The notes beneath the pieces were generated by a model. That model saw only the letters and a list, made by a program, of their open reading frames with translations, was not told where the DNA came from and searched no databases. A stretch of DNA of 58,781 nt, counting the filler, from Dugesia japonica (taxonomy: Eukaryota), in NCBI GenBank assembly GCA_001938525.1. It is 6 parts of 6 records of this genome, joined end to end, with 100 filler letters (N's around TTAATTAATTAA, not from the genome) between each part and the next. Parts side by side here need not be neighbours in the genome. Positions count along the whole stretch, not along the records: positions 10,318 to 19,197 come from MQRL01549127.1; positions 19,298 to 29,493 come from MQRL01618001.1; 4 more parts are not named here. One strand, given 5' to 3'. Position 1 is the stretch's first letter; each line of letters starts with the position of its first letter. Below are positions 13,901-27,900 of the stretch, piece by piece. Position numbers and translations under genes: made by a program.

Positions 13901-15943
13901 AAAATATATCTATCAAAATCATATAAATATATAATAAAACAAAACAATAGTCTATTAAACATTATAAAATTATTTAAAACCTAGAAAAAAAGTACCATTG
14001 ATATTAATATTACTCAGCGGGTATTAAAATTAATATTGTCCAGAAGACATAAGCGTTAATAAAACATTTTATAAAACAAAAAAATATATATTTTTTCAAA
14101 AACAAATTTCGAAATAAAATATGTTTTTAAAAACAAAAAGAAATTCAATAAAAAAGTTCAAGAAAAAAAAATTTTTTCAAATAAAAAAAAATTTTTAAAA
14201 AAAAGTTCACAAAAAAATCAAAATAAGAACAAAAAAGTTTTACTATTCTTAGAAAAATCAATCATTTATTAAAACCATAAAAAATTAAAACAAAAATGTA
14301 AATATAACAAAAAAGATGCAACTATAACAAGGAAAATACAACACAAATTCAAATAAACAAAGAACATGAATCATATTTGTGCAATATGAGTGCAATGGAA
14401 ACAATGAAAATGCAAAATAAATCAAAGTTTTAATTAAGTTTCTTAAAAATCTTAAGTTATCTATATAGTATTATAGAAGATTTTAAAATTTTATTTATGT
14501 TTTTTAAGTTCATAAGATTTTAATTAATAAATTTTAAATTAATTTTTGTTTAGTGTATTAAATTAAAAATGACTGATAATTAATTATTATTATAAAGAAA
14601 TTATTTATTTATTTTTTTTTAACTGAGCTAAATAAATAAAATGGTAGATTAACTTGAAAAATCCATTATTCCTCATTATTTTATAATTCAATTACAAAGT
14701 AAGTGACTATTTATTCGTTAATTTATTTTAATGATTTTTTTACAATTTTAGATATAAACAAAATGAATTAAAAGCAAAATATTTCAACAAACATGATGAG
14801 AAGCTTTAACGTGTTAAGTTTAATTAATTAATTGATTGTTATTGATTTATATTTTAGACTGAAAAAAAAATAATGTGTCTAAGGAATTTTTTGACAATAT
14901 GACAAAGGAATTTGTGAAAGAGGTTAAATTTATTAAAATTAAATTTTAGGTTAAGGACTTTCTTTAATTATTACAAGTAAATGATTTTATTTTAATTTGA
15001 TTTTAATTTAATTGCAATTTTTATTGTAATGATTTTATTTACATAGTTAAGTTAATTATCATTATAATTTTTATTATAATGATTTAAAGTTTACATAATA
15101 TTATCAATATTTTTAATGTATAAATAAGTTATTTTCATTGCAATTTTTATTGTAATGATTTTATTTACATTGTTAAGTGAACTATAATTATAATTTTTAT
15201 TATAATGATTTAAACTTTACATAATATTATCAAATTTTAACTTAATAATTTTTACTTAATTTAATGATTTTAATTGAACTCAGTAATTTAACTTAATGAT
15301 ATAACTTAATTATTATGAAAAGAAGCACATTTACATGTAATTTATTTTGTTATTTTAACTAAGTAATATGTATTATTAAAATCTAATTTACAATTAAGAT
15401 CCAGATCTAAATAAATGTACATATTGGCTGTGACTATCTATGTTTTATCAACAATAAATTTTATGTTTTGATTAGTCATTTCATTTGTCTTTTAAATATT
15501 ATTAATATTTTCTAAGAAGCATCTAATCTTAATATTACTCGGTGGAAATTCATTTCAAAATTTGAAAATTTAAACAAAATAGGTTTTACCATCGATTTTC
15601 TGTGAAAAATACATAAAATTCATTAAATCAGTTAATTTAAATAAAAATTTCAAAAATCCGTAAATTTAAACAATAATCGTTAATTTCACTTAATTTAAAA
15701 AACAAATTACCTTGACCTTAAAACCCTATGATGACCTCATCAAAAATCGAGGTCATTTGACCTTAACCTTAAAGATTTTGACCAATCAAAACGCTTAAAA
15801 TCAGTGCCACTGGACTCTAAAATTTCGGCCAATCAAAAACCCTAGAAACGCATGTGTGACCAATAAAAACGCTAAAATTCGAAGCCAGTAAAACTTTTCT
15901 CCCCTGGGGAGGGGGTGGTCTCGTGCGCCACTATCCATCTACT
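10620..15943 (-). mobile_element. Putative Polinton/Maverick-like terminus (at 15943) with a long repeat-rich, strand-skewed subterminal region
   Basis: The minus strand begins AGTAGATGGATAGTGGCGCAC..., homologous to 49129 and 46406; AGTAG/AGTAGT ends are typical of Polintons. Inward lie CCAAT and AGGTCA clusters and minisatellites (28 bp at 10630-10850; ~31 bp at 11225-11455 and 12620-12955; ~11 bp ATAAAACCCT-like tracts). The left extent is uncertain. Confidence 0.5.
10860..10947. repeat. (TAT)n microsatellite running into a gap
   Basis: Seen directly; it explains the poly-I/poly-Y ORFs in the track. Confidence 0.95.
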
Positions 15944-16311
15944 TACATTGCTACAACTGTATAACCTTTATAAGATACAAACAGTTAGTCGTCAACGCCA
16001 ATATTTGGCTATCCTTACTTTTTACAAAAGTTCATAATAATGATCATAATTCGTAATAAGTTACCATATCTCCAATAACTTTAATCATATCATTAAGAAT
16101 TCATAACAATTATCATCTGAAAATCAATTTATTAACTGAAATAAATTATTAATTTTAAAAATTGTTAACTTAAATAAAATCATTACGAAAATTATTACAA
16201 TTTACGAAAGTCATTACCGTTTAATTTAAATAAAAATAAATTCTTACTTATTTTCATAATTTATCAAATTTTATAATACAATTGATCATAATAAATTTTC
16301 ATATATATTTT

Positions 16312-17019
16312 TCAGCAACTTTTTATTATTAATTCCTTTGTTAAAGATTCCTTGTTCCATTTGTAAGATATTATCTTATCTACCATTTCCTCAATCCTTT
16401 TTTTATATATACTGACATGCTCTCCATTTTTTCGGTAACTTAGAGCTTCTTCCATGTCTTTAATCATTGATGATGGCTTTAAGAAAGCTTTTCTCAATCT
16501 TTCTTCATATCCTAGAGCTTTATTTTCGTTTTCATAAATTTCCCGTAGTTCTTTATCAAGAAAAACTACTACAATTTCGCTTCTACAACTTGTCAATATT
16601 CCAATCACATCATAATATTTTGTAATCTTTTTTATAAGCATTTCAACATCGTCACCTTTCCTGAAGATTCCAGGAAATATTGCTTCGTTAAGCAGATCCA
16701 TTGATACTTTGGTCGCCATGTTAGTTTTATTCAAAACTTCGCAAATCTTCATAAATTGTATTTATTATTACAAGTGTATTTGATTAAAATAAAAATTATA
16801 TCAAGAATAATTCATAGTATAAGAATAATTCAATAATAAAAATTTTACTTACATAAAAATTTATAAAATATTTTAAAAATATTAACTTCCATTAAAAAGA
16901 TTTTATGAAATATTTCATTTTACTTATGTTTTAAAAATGAATTTTAATATTATATATAAATTAAAGAAAGATTTCTCAGATATTTAAATCTATGAATAAT
17001 TCTCACATCCCCCTTCTTT
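16312..17019 (-). mobile_element. Ty3/gypsy fragment: PPT, LTR (16719-17007), PBS and gag N-terminus
   Basis: Minus strand reads AAAGAAGGGGGA|TGTGAGAA...AATAAAACTAACA|TGGCGACCA, followed by the gag-like ORF ...FPGIFRKGDDVEMLIKK.... The LTR is homologous to the solo LTR at 56823-57238. Confidence 0.8.
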
Positions 17020-17347
17020 AAAATATTCTCATAGGTTATATATTGCATGCTCATTGTATGTTCATGAAGCATTTATATATAATATTAATAATAACAACAA
17101 TTTGAATAACAATAAAAAACTTTTAATTCTTTTTAAAATAATAAATAAATCATCACATTTGGTGCTAAAGATGACCGGTTTAATCATTCTCAATTGTTAT
17201 TTTTACAAATATTTACATTTTTATTTCTTTCTTTCTAAAATAGAAACAATTAAATATTATTAAGATAAAATAAATAAATGCCCTGATTGTATAACTGATC
17301 TTTATGAGGCTGGGTCAAATGACGGTTTTACGAGAAACAGTATTATT

Positions 17348-19110
17348 ATTTTATTTTAAAGTATATGCATGGTATACTTTCATTTTCCTCTAACTAATAC
17401 ATCTTATCATCGTAATTTGATAGCGCTATTTTCTTTGATTTTACACTAAATAACTGATAATTTTTACTTGTTATCCTAAATTGATTTACAGAGACCGATT
17501 GGTTCTCATTGTAACAGTTAATATATGACTAATAAGAAATGTTTGTGTTTTTTACTGTTATGCTTTAGCTTTCATACATGTCCTTTCGCTAAGTAGGCAA
17601 TAGCACTTTGGTCTCAGAAACACTCATTTTTGATACCTATTCCCTAAACTTCCCGATGACTGAATTAAGCTTTTTCCTATAAAGGAGATGCTCTTTACTA
17701 TAATTTGAGATATTTAATAAATCATCTTTTATCATTAATGATACACGTTTTTCCAATTTTATCCCAGTTATCTCAAGAAAAAAGCTGTCAGTATCGCCAG
17801 CTACAATATTTATTTTACAGTTTTCTTCTTTTCTATAATTCTCGAGCTGATACATCCGTAATTTGCTCAGTCAGGTACAGATTGTCCAATGTAGCTTGGG
17901 TCATCTAAACATACTGAATTCTTATTCATTAATACCGCTATTAAGTCTTCGTCAATCTTGATAGATTTTCAAAAGCTGAGTTTAGATGCATATGTTACCC
18001 GCTTTTAGGTTGTTTTACATAATCATAAATTTATTCTTTTTTTAAGGTTTTCTACCGATTTCCCATACAAACTGTTGTTCAGTAGTTTGTAGTAAAGTTT
18101 CTCAAGCTCTGTATTACATTCTGATTTTAATGCAGTGTTTGTTGCAATGGTATTTTCAAATATTAAAGCTTGAGTAAACCTTACCGCTCTATGTACCTCT
18201 GTATCGTTTACTTCCAACCTTATAAATATTTGTAACAGTTTTCAGTACAATGCATAATTAGTTTTACTTTAATATGTTAAACAAATATTTTGAAAAACAA
18301 ATTTAATGGGTAAAATCTATTTTCAATTGCAAAGATCAAAAACGTTTTTGNNNNNNNNNNNNNNNNNNNNNNNNNNNNNNNNNNNNNNNNNNNNNNNNNN
18401 TTTTACCCATTAAATTTGTTTTTCAAAATATTTGTTTAATTTACAGATCAATGGAAAAGTTAATTTTTAGATAAATAGATTTTTGAATTGAAAATTTTAA
18501 AAATATTTATTTCCGAAATGAAGTTTATTAATGAGTTAACATTAGCTTTTTAACTTTACTACCTGTAGCGTCTTGGTGTTCTGCTGCTATTGGTAGATCA
18601 TTAAGATAATCATGAATTTCTGGTTGGATTATCATGTTTATATCCATGGTGTACCCATATATTAATTCACCAAGATCCAATCTCTTATAATCTTCTAATA
18701 CTGATTCTAAACCAGTATGTACTCATTCAAAGTCTTGAAAGGGGAATTTTTGGCTAAGAGCCTATTAATACAAATTGTTAATATCAATGTATAATAGATT
18801 TGTGTTTTCACTTGTGGTGACATGATATTTGTTAATAAATATCAATCTAGTCCTTATCCCACCTTCATAAAAGGTATACATGTCGTGTACATCAACAGTT
18901 CTACCTATTTCTTCAATGACATCAAAACTGATGCCCAGCTCATACCCGGAATGCCAAAGAAATTCAATGGCTCCAATTTCTTGCGAAATATTGATCTTAA
19001 TCTAAACTGTTGGAAAAGATTCGCCAATAAATACATGTCCAGCTTCAAATAAACCATAATATAGTCCAGAAGGGTCTTAAAATTTGTTATTGGTTGCATA
19101 ATTATATGGA
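17348..19110 (-). pseudogene. Polinton/Maverick protein-primed family B DNA polymerase (disrupted)
   Basis: Ordered motifs: YLKLDMYLLANLFQQFR...GIPGMSW, LLYIDINNLY, HDYLNDLPIAAE, YYKLLNNSLYGKSVENLKKR, VAGDTDSFF, VIGKFRE, KKIALSNYDDK. Contains stops, frameshifts and an insertion at ~18270-18520. Confidence 0.9.
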
Positions 19111-19197
19111 AATTTTATTACTTCTGTTGGGCTGAAACAGGCCTGTTGATAACATAAAATTTAAACAAAAGTAAACTAGGGAAGAGAGAAGACAACG

Positions 19198-19297
19198 NNN
19201 NNNNNNNNNNNNNNNNNNNNNNNNNNNNNNNNNNNNNNNNNTTAATTAATTAANNNNNNNNNNNNNNNNNNNNNNNNNNNNNNNNNNNNNNNNNNNN
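19198..19297. other. Artificial contig spacer
   Basis: N44-TTAATTAATTAA-N44. Confidence 0.97.
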
Positions 19298-22200
19298 ATT
19301 TTATTCATTCCTTAGAGCAAGATGCCCAATATGAATTATTTTCTTTACCAGATTAACAGAATGTTAAGGGTAACTTTACTTTGTTAAGTAATAAATTTGT
19401 AGAATTATACAAAGTTAAAGATTTAAGGATTTCTCGTATTACCAAACTTTTACAAATTAAGCAAAATGACCTCTCTTTAAAAGAATTTATTACAAAATTG
19501 AGAGTTTATTAATTTAAAAGTCAAGCAGAATTGAACAGCCAGGACAGAAAAAAGACGTTAATATTTGCTTTTTTATTTGGATTGAACGATAAAAAAGTGG
19601 CAGCAGCAGTTCAATTTCTTAAGTCAGAATCATAGACGAAGCTTATAACTTTGTAAAAAAAAGAAGTTAAAAATGAAAGTAATGAAAATCTGAGACAAAT
19701 TAAAACACAATATGACTAATCAGATGAAGTTTGTTCACTAAAAAAGAAGGTGACAGAATTGGAACAAGTGATAGCAAGGCTATCCAGAGATATAAAGAAC
19801 GGAAGAAATAGATCTGCAGTTAATAACACAAGGACTAATAATGACAGTCAGGATAGAGATATTTAAATTAAAGATATTAAAGGCTTTAACTGTGACAATT
19901 TTGGCCATTTTGTGAGAGATTTTAAAAAACTAATTATGTGTAAAAAATCCAAAAAGGTTGGCCATTTAGATNGATTTTGCAGAACAAGAAATATGGAAAA
20001 AGTCAGATATTTTAATGAAAATGATAGTGAAAATATGGAATTTGACAAAATCAGATCGATTTCAACGAGATCAGAAATGTCCAGCATGGAGACCAATCAT
20101 GCATTGAACGAAATAATTAAGNNNNNNNNNNNNNNNNNNNNNNNNNNNNNNNNNNNNNNNNNNNNNNNNNNNNNNNNNNNNNNNNNNNNNNNNNNNNNNN
20201 NNNATCAATGGACAAGGAGCCATACCAAAAATTAAAAATAAAGCAAAACACTGATTTCAGAGAATCACTCAGAATTAGCTCAAAATAAGCCTTAGGTCTA
20301 ACCGAGAATAAAACAAAAATGGGTAGCGACCCTAATAGATAGTGGAGCAGAATCAAATGTAATGGATTATAATTTATTGTGTGAATTGAGAAAAAGTAAC
20401 AAACGGATTAAATTTTTCAAAAGAACAGAAAGAATGTACTGTGCAAACGGATCGCTTATGAAAATCGTGGGGGTTGCGAAAGTTGGACTAGTAATTGGAG
20501 AAAAAGAATTTGCACTAGAATTTAAAGTGGTGGAAAACATTTTCCCAAAGATTATCATTGGAATTAAATCGATGAAAACGCATAGAATACAAATTGTGCC
20601 CCATGATGACTGTATATATATCAGGAATCAAGATATGCCATTTGTATCAAAAGTTTGTGATGAAGGAGCGGAAAACTAACAAGCACCAATCTTAAGAGTC
20701 ACGATTCAAGTGCTATAGAAAACGAGGCTCAATATTGCTCTTTACGTATCATTTTGGACAAAACTGTAGTTTTAGAAAAGAATAAAGAATATTTTGTGCG
20801 TGAATCAATTGACCGTGATGAATTCAAAATTAATGAAGGAATCTTTGAAAGTTATAAAGATAAACTAGCAAATTTAGATATCTTGTCAGCTAATTCGATA
20901 GTGTAGGTTGACAAAGACGAAAAGATTCTTATAATACTTTACAATTTATCAGATTCTGAAAGAAAAATTTATAAAGACACAAGAATGGGTAGTTTAGAAA
21001 TCTGGGAAGGAAAAAGCGAGTTCATCAGAAATGTTTATTCAGACAAATTTGAGGTGTCTCATGTGAGTTCTAAAAAATGATTTCACGTCTCAAAGTAAAA
21101 AGGAAATAATGGAATATTATCATAACAATATGGGCCATCTAGGATTTATAAAGACAAAGGAATTAATTCAGAATTATTATGATTGGAAGAATATGAGTAA
21201 AGAGAAAATCTTTTATTGCTAAGTGCATTCCATGTATAAATCGAAAGAATGGAATAATTTCTAACTACATTTCTGAAAAACATTTTGTAGCTAATGAGCC
21301 ATTTGAAAAATTATGCATAGATATCACCGGACCATTACCAGAATGTAAAGTCTATAGATATATTTTAGGTGTGATAGATGTCTTCTCAAGATATACCATA
21401 TTGATACCTCTTAAAGACATCAAATCGATACAAGTAATAAATAAATAGTTTAAAAGATGGGTACCAAAAATTATTCACTCCGATAATGGAAGTCAGTTCA
21501 AAAACAATTTCATGGAAGAATTTTGTAAAGTTCTTAAAATAAATCAAACCTTTGCAAGCCCATACTATCATCAAGGGAACGGCCTGGTAGACAGAATTTT
21601 TAGAACTGCAAAAGATAGACTTTATGCAGCCAGCTTAAAAATTCTCACAATTGTATAGATGCCATTCCATTCGTTGAAATTGGTATGAGAATAACAAAAA
21701 ATGAAAAAACTAATTATTCTCCTTTTGAAATAGCTTTAAGCAAACAATTTCAAGCTTATTTAAATAACAAACAAGTCAACTCAAAAAATCTGGAACAATA
21801 TTTAGAGACTATTAGAGTAATTTTAGAAAGAATAAATCAAAATCTAAAAGCAAAAGAGAATGTAATTATTAATAATAACCACCAAATAAAAATTGGGGAT
21901 ATGGTAATGCTCAAATCAGAAAAGAAATGAATGTTAAAAAAGCGATGTAAAGGACCATGTCAAGTTATGGAAATATTACCATACGATAATATAAGAATGA
22001 GTTACAAAAGGAAATTGCTAATTCGTAATATTAATCAAATGCAAAGATTTACAATAGAAAAGCTAGAAGAGAAAGGAGAAAAGAGTCTTAAAAACACAAC
22101 AATAATAAGCCAATCAAAAAGAAGTTCAATAGTGAAACCAAAACAATTAACAAGCGAGAAACAAGGAAGAAGAAATCCTACAAGAGAAAGATGTAAACCA

Positions 22201-22345
22201 ACAAGATTCCGGGGATTCGAATGATAAAAAGAGGGGTGTGATATAATATAAAAATGAAGTGTTTAAATATTCAGATTTTAGAAGAGGATAATTTGAACTT
22301 GTTTTATTTTGAATAAATATTATTTTAGTAATTTATCTTTAACAT
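19298..22345 (+). mobile_element. Internally deleted Ty3/gypsy element (gag, protease, integrase, PPT, 3' LTR; RT/RNase H missing)
   Basis: Knuckle-like CDNFGHFVRDF and KKVGHLDXFC. Protease ATLIDSGAESNV. Integrase HNNMGHLG...PFEKLCIDITGPLP...IDVFSRY...IHSDNGSQF...PYYHQGNGLVDR, then KGPCQV. PPT AAAAAGAGGGG followed by TGTG at ~22236. Confidence 0.92.
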
Positions 22346-22959
22346 TGACATTAGTAAAATTTTAAATTGAAATATTTTACAAAATACTGACATTTGATAT
22401 TTTCCGTTTTGAATATAAATTTTTAAATTTGTTTGAAAAAGCCAATTTATATTTATAGTTTTCTTTTGTGAATAAATCTTTTTTGGAAATGAGTTTTGAC
22501 ATTAATNNNNNNNNNNNNNNNNNNNNNNNNNNNNNNNNNNNNNNNNNNNNNNNNNNNNNNNNNNNNNNNNNNNNNNNNNNNNNNNNNNNNNNNNNNNNNN
22601 NNNNNNNNNNNNNNNNNNNNNNNNNNNNNNNNNNNNNNNNNNNNNNNNNNNNNNNNNNNNNNNNNNNNNNNNNNNNNNNNNNAGCTTTTTCTGAGTAACC
22701 CATGCATGCTTTGAGAAAAATAAAATTATATTACTAGAGTTTTTAATTCTGAGTTGGATTGTTTAAAAATATTTTAAAAATTATTATTATTTTAATTATA
22801 ATTATAATTTTTAATTAATTATATAATTATATATTATTTTGAGAGCCATGCATATTTGTACAACAAACACTGTGTGAAATATGTTCACATTTTTATTCTG
22901 AGTTCAACGGTACTAAATTTGTTTGATTATCATAAGTATTTCTTGAGTAAATAATTTCT

Positions 22960-23820
22960 TTTATCCAACGTGGGGCATGGTAACTGGTAATTTTTTATCT
23001 TTTGACCCAAGCATATTTATACAGCAAACACTATACAAAACATGTTCAGAATTTTATTCAGAATCGAATAGTACTATTTGTGAAGCGGTACGATAAGGTT
23101 GGACTGAGAAATTCAAGGTCAAGTGATCCAGTGCGCTAGTACCTTTCTCTTGGGAACTAAAAATATTAATAAAGAATTTTAGCAAATACTCTTATCTTCT
23201 GACTGCTACCGACACTCCCGCATCATACAATATCGTTAAATTGGCTTCGTTGACATCCACTATATACCATTCTCGTTAATTTTCCTTCTCAAGCATTTAT
23301 CATGTTTTTTTCATTATTGCAATCTGTTTCACTCCTCTTTATACCAAATCTCTCGCCGAAATGAATGCGATGGAGTCATTCTGGTTTTTATTCATTAAAT
23401 CATGTGCAGCTATATTCCTATCTTCTTTCTGTTCGCTCAATTATTTGTGAATAAACCAAATTTTAGCATTACTCCTGCCTCTCCTCTTAAAGCTCTGGAA
23501 TCCTCTTGTTTCTGTTATCATCTGGGTTTTGTCTTCCATCATCATCATTTTTAGCACTTCTTCCAATGATCTTGACATTGATAAGTTACTCATATGTAGT
23601 CTCAATTCCTTGTTCAACATTATTTTTGTAAAATCTCACCGAGTTTGCATAACTATTCTTTTTTATCATACAAACATCTTCGTAAATTTTCACGAGAGAT
23701 CTCATTTCAGTTATCTTAATATCTGATATCAATTTTTAAAAATTTTATCGATATATGAATTCAACAAATCTTGAACCTTTAAAATTTTGAACATACAAGA
23801 TCAACGCAAAGTTTCTAGCG
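22960..23820 (-). mobile_element. Decayed Ty3/gypsy gag-protease remnant
   Basis: Protease-like VNEANLTILYDAGVSVAV, followed by short QPYRT and KITSYH fragments. Confidence 0.5.
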
Positions 23821-25537
23821 TTGTGGTCAACAGAATACAAATTTAATCAATACTTGCCAATAGCTAAATAAATCATGAAAAGATACCTATACAAAAATAA
23901 ATTCAAATCATTCAGAACATAAACCGGTAAGTATTCAATATTGTTATTCCAGAATAAATTCATTTGTTGTACTCTTATTAATTAAATTAACAGAACCCAA
24001 ATTTGACAGATGCATACTAACTTTTCATTATTGGTCCAATGAAGTTAATAATCAAATCTTAATCGACTAATAGAATAGTAATCTTTGTAGATTAGAACAT
24101 ACAACCATAGTTCAACACAACAAATATTAACTCTTGAATATAACAAAAACTTCGTGAAATTTAAATTTCGTTGGAAATTGAAATATTCTCATCAGAAATT
24201 CAGAAATTTTTGTTCCTAGTTTCCTAATATTATTTCTACTTAATCATACAGCATATTACGTTTTACTGAATTAGTAATTCTGGAATTTTGACTGGAAATT
24301 GAGAATTAATTCCGATATACATTTTAAAAAANNNNNNNNNNNNNNNNNNNNNNAACATTGGAAATTTATATAAATAATTGTCTTTTATACACATAAGTAA
24401 AATAGATGAAGATATTCCTTACAATCATATTTAATTACGCTATTGTGACATGACTATTTGGCGCTATTATTATAAATTAGTGGTGCCCAACCTGTCGATC
24501 TCAAAAGATTTTCTTTTCAATTTCCATAAAATATGATATTCCAATATTAATATTGATTCTACCATGATAAGATGAAATTTTTTAAAGGATACTCATGAGC
24601 AATTTCCGATATTGTCTTCTATCAGTTAAAAAAACATTGCTGTTTCGATTTGTTTCAATTATTAGAACCGGCGTTTTACCATGAGAATTGCGAAAACCAA
24701 GTTTAGAAAACAAATAACCACTGACCACGTGGTTAGAAATTTCAGAATATATTACTGAACCATTACAAAATCAATTTAAAAGAAACCATCTCATAAACAC
24801 TTTTATCGATTCCAATTCTTCGAAATTTATTCTTTATATTCTATTTTTGTACACATCCGTCTAAATATAATCGGTTATCTAATTTATCATTTGTTGGTTA
24901 TGCTTACTTAGTTTTCATCTAGTATATGCACAAAACAGTGTATGCACATACTAAATTTAATTTGTGAATTAAACTAGGTTATTTAATTTAATCATTATTA
25001 AAATTTATGAAAATAAAATTTGCTCAGAAATATAGTAAAAATGTTTATCACCATTGTCATACATTTTTGTTACAAAATAAATTAAATTGAAATGTTATTA
25101 ATTCTGTGAAGTCAATAAATATTTAAATATCAGAAATTATTTTCTTAATTTAAAAAAAANNNNNNNNNNNNNNNNNNNNNNNNNNNNNNNNNNNNNNNNN
25201 NNNNNNNNNNNNNNNNNNNNNNNNNNNNCGTTTAATAGTATGCATGCTGCTCCTCAGAAATTAATGAAGTTTTCCTGTTAGTAAAAAACTAATAATGATC
25301 TACACTAATTTGCTAACAAATTCTTCGCTAAATTATGGATTTTACGAAATAGAACAATTTCAAACTAAAATTGTTACCAAAATAAGAATATGACGATTTC
25401 ATTAAAGCAATATGATTGGTTTAATTTAAATAACTTACTAAATTAGGCAGAGAAGGCAAGAAAATATTTGTGCAACTATGTTTTATAAATGAAATTGTTA
25501 GTAAATTGATTCATTCAATTTCTCTTTAGTATTATAA

Positions 25538-26570
<1,033 letters not shown>

Positions 26571-27099
26571 AGGTTCAAGATAAAAGTTTAATTTTCTAAA
26601 TTTTTATTTTTATATCACTTATAAAAGCAATATGAATTTTGAAAGATTAGTGGCCAATAAGCGTTATTTTAACAGATTTATTTTTAAGTTTTCATAGGCA
26701 TTGTTCTTGTTAATGTTGAATTTTGTTTCATGAGTGCATGTACAAATATATCATTTAATTATTAAATGTTTATTTTTTTTAAAAAAATCATTTGATTACG
26801 AAATAATTTTATTACTTTTTGAATTTATGGAATTGTGTTTTATAAATTTGTTAATAACATTACGAAAATATTATAAATTTAAATATATTGCTTTATGAAA
26901 TTTTAAAACAGTCAGATTATTGGAGAATTCAACTGAAGTCACTAAAATGAATAATCTGATAAATATTAAAATTGTTCCAGATAAACAAGTTTTATAATTT
27001 ACAATTTTGAGATTATCGGTTAAAATTTTGAAGGTCAATTATATAATGATATCTATTCTAACAAAATTATTTAGAATAATGGAAAACTGATAAAAAGTG

Positions 27100-27900
27100 A
27101 TAAAGCAATAAAATCCATTCTTAAATTATATCTAGAAAATAAAAGTACTTTTTGATATCATTTTACAATGAATTACGGAGTAGTTTTAACATACCAAAAA
27201 TCTTTTAAGAGTTTATAATGATTTAAAAAATGAAATATTCGAATATTACGAAAAAATATCATATAATTATCAGCTCATACTAATTGATTTCGTATGTTTT
27301 GATTAAAACAAAGTTAAATCTGTTCTTGATTAATTGAGTAATAAAATTCTTAAAGCATTACAATATGCAAAGTCCTGCCGATTTATTCTTCAGAGTAAAT
27401 ATTCAACTGAGAACGAATAAATTAACGAACCCACTAATCTGGTAGTCAACCATGATGCAATTGAACTACTGATTTATCTATAAAAAAATGGAATTTACAG
27501 TTGAACTTGTAATCTCGAAGCATTTTTGAAATTTAGTGCTACTCCAAAAAAATTTCATTGGTATTATGATTTAATTTATATTATGGGTAAAGACAACTGA
27601 ATTAAATTATCGGTCGAAAAGTAAAAAAATAATGAAAATATGATATTAAAATAATCAACTAAACCAAGCAATCTACCGACTAAATTGAAAGCAAGAGTCA
27701 ATGTAGTCTTGGCTAGTCGGTTCATAACGTTTACCTTATCATAATTTAAAATAATTATGTGAAGATCAGCCATCTTAATGGCGCTGGCGCCATCAGAATT
27801 AAAATCACTAGTTCACACCAATTTGGTTGGTATCTTTTGTTTTGTAGAATCTTTTTGATTCCAAATTTTCTGTGTTTTACTTAAAAGTTTTACAGGGTAT
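27100..27900 (-). mobile_element. Highly degenerate hAT transposase remnant
   Basis: Fragments SDGASAIKM and TLAFNLVG...YFNIIFSLFFYFS resemble the hAT DGA and CxxHxLNL region. Confidence 0.35.

Noticed and set aside
15010-15235. ~126-bp-period direct repeat (2 copies)
   Set aside because: Ordinary AT-rich local duplication with no further structure.
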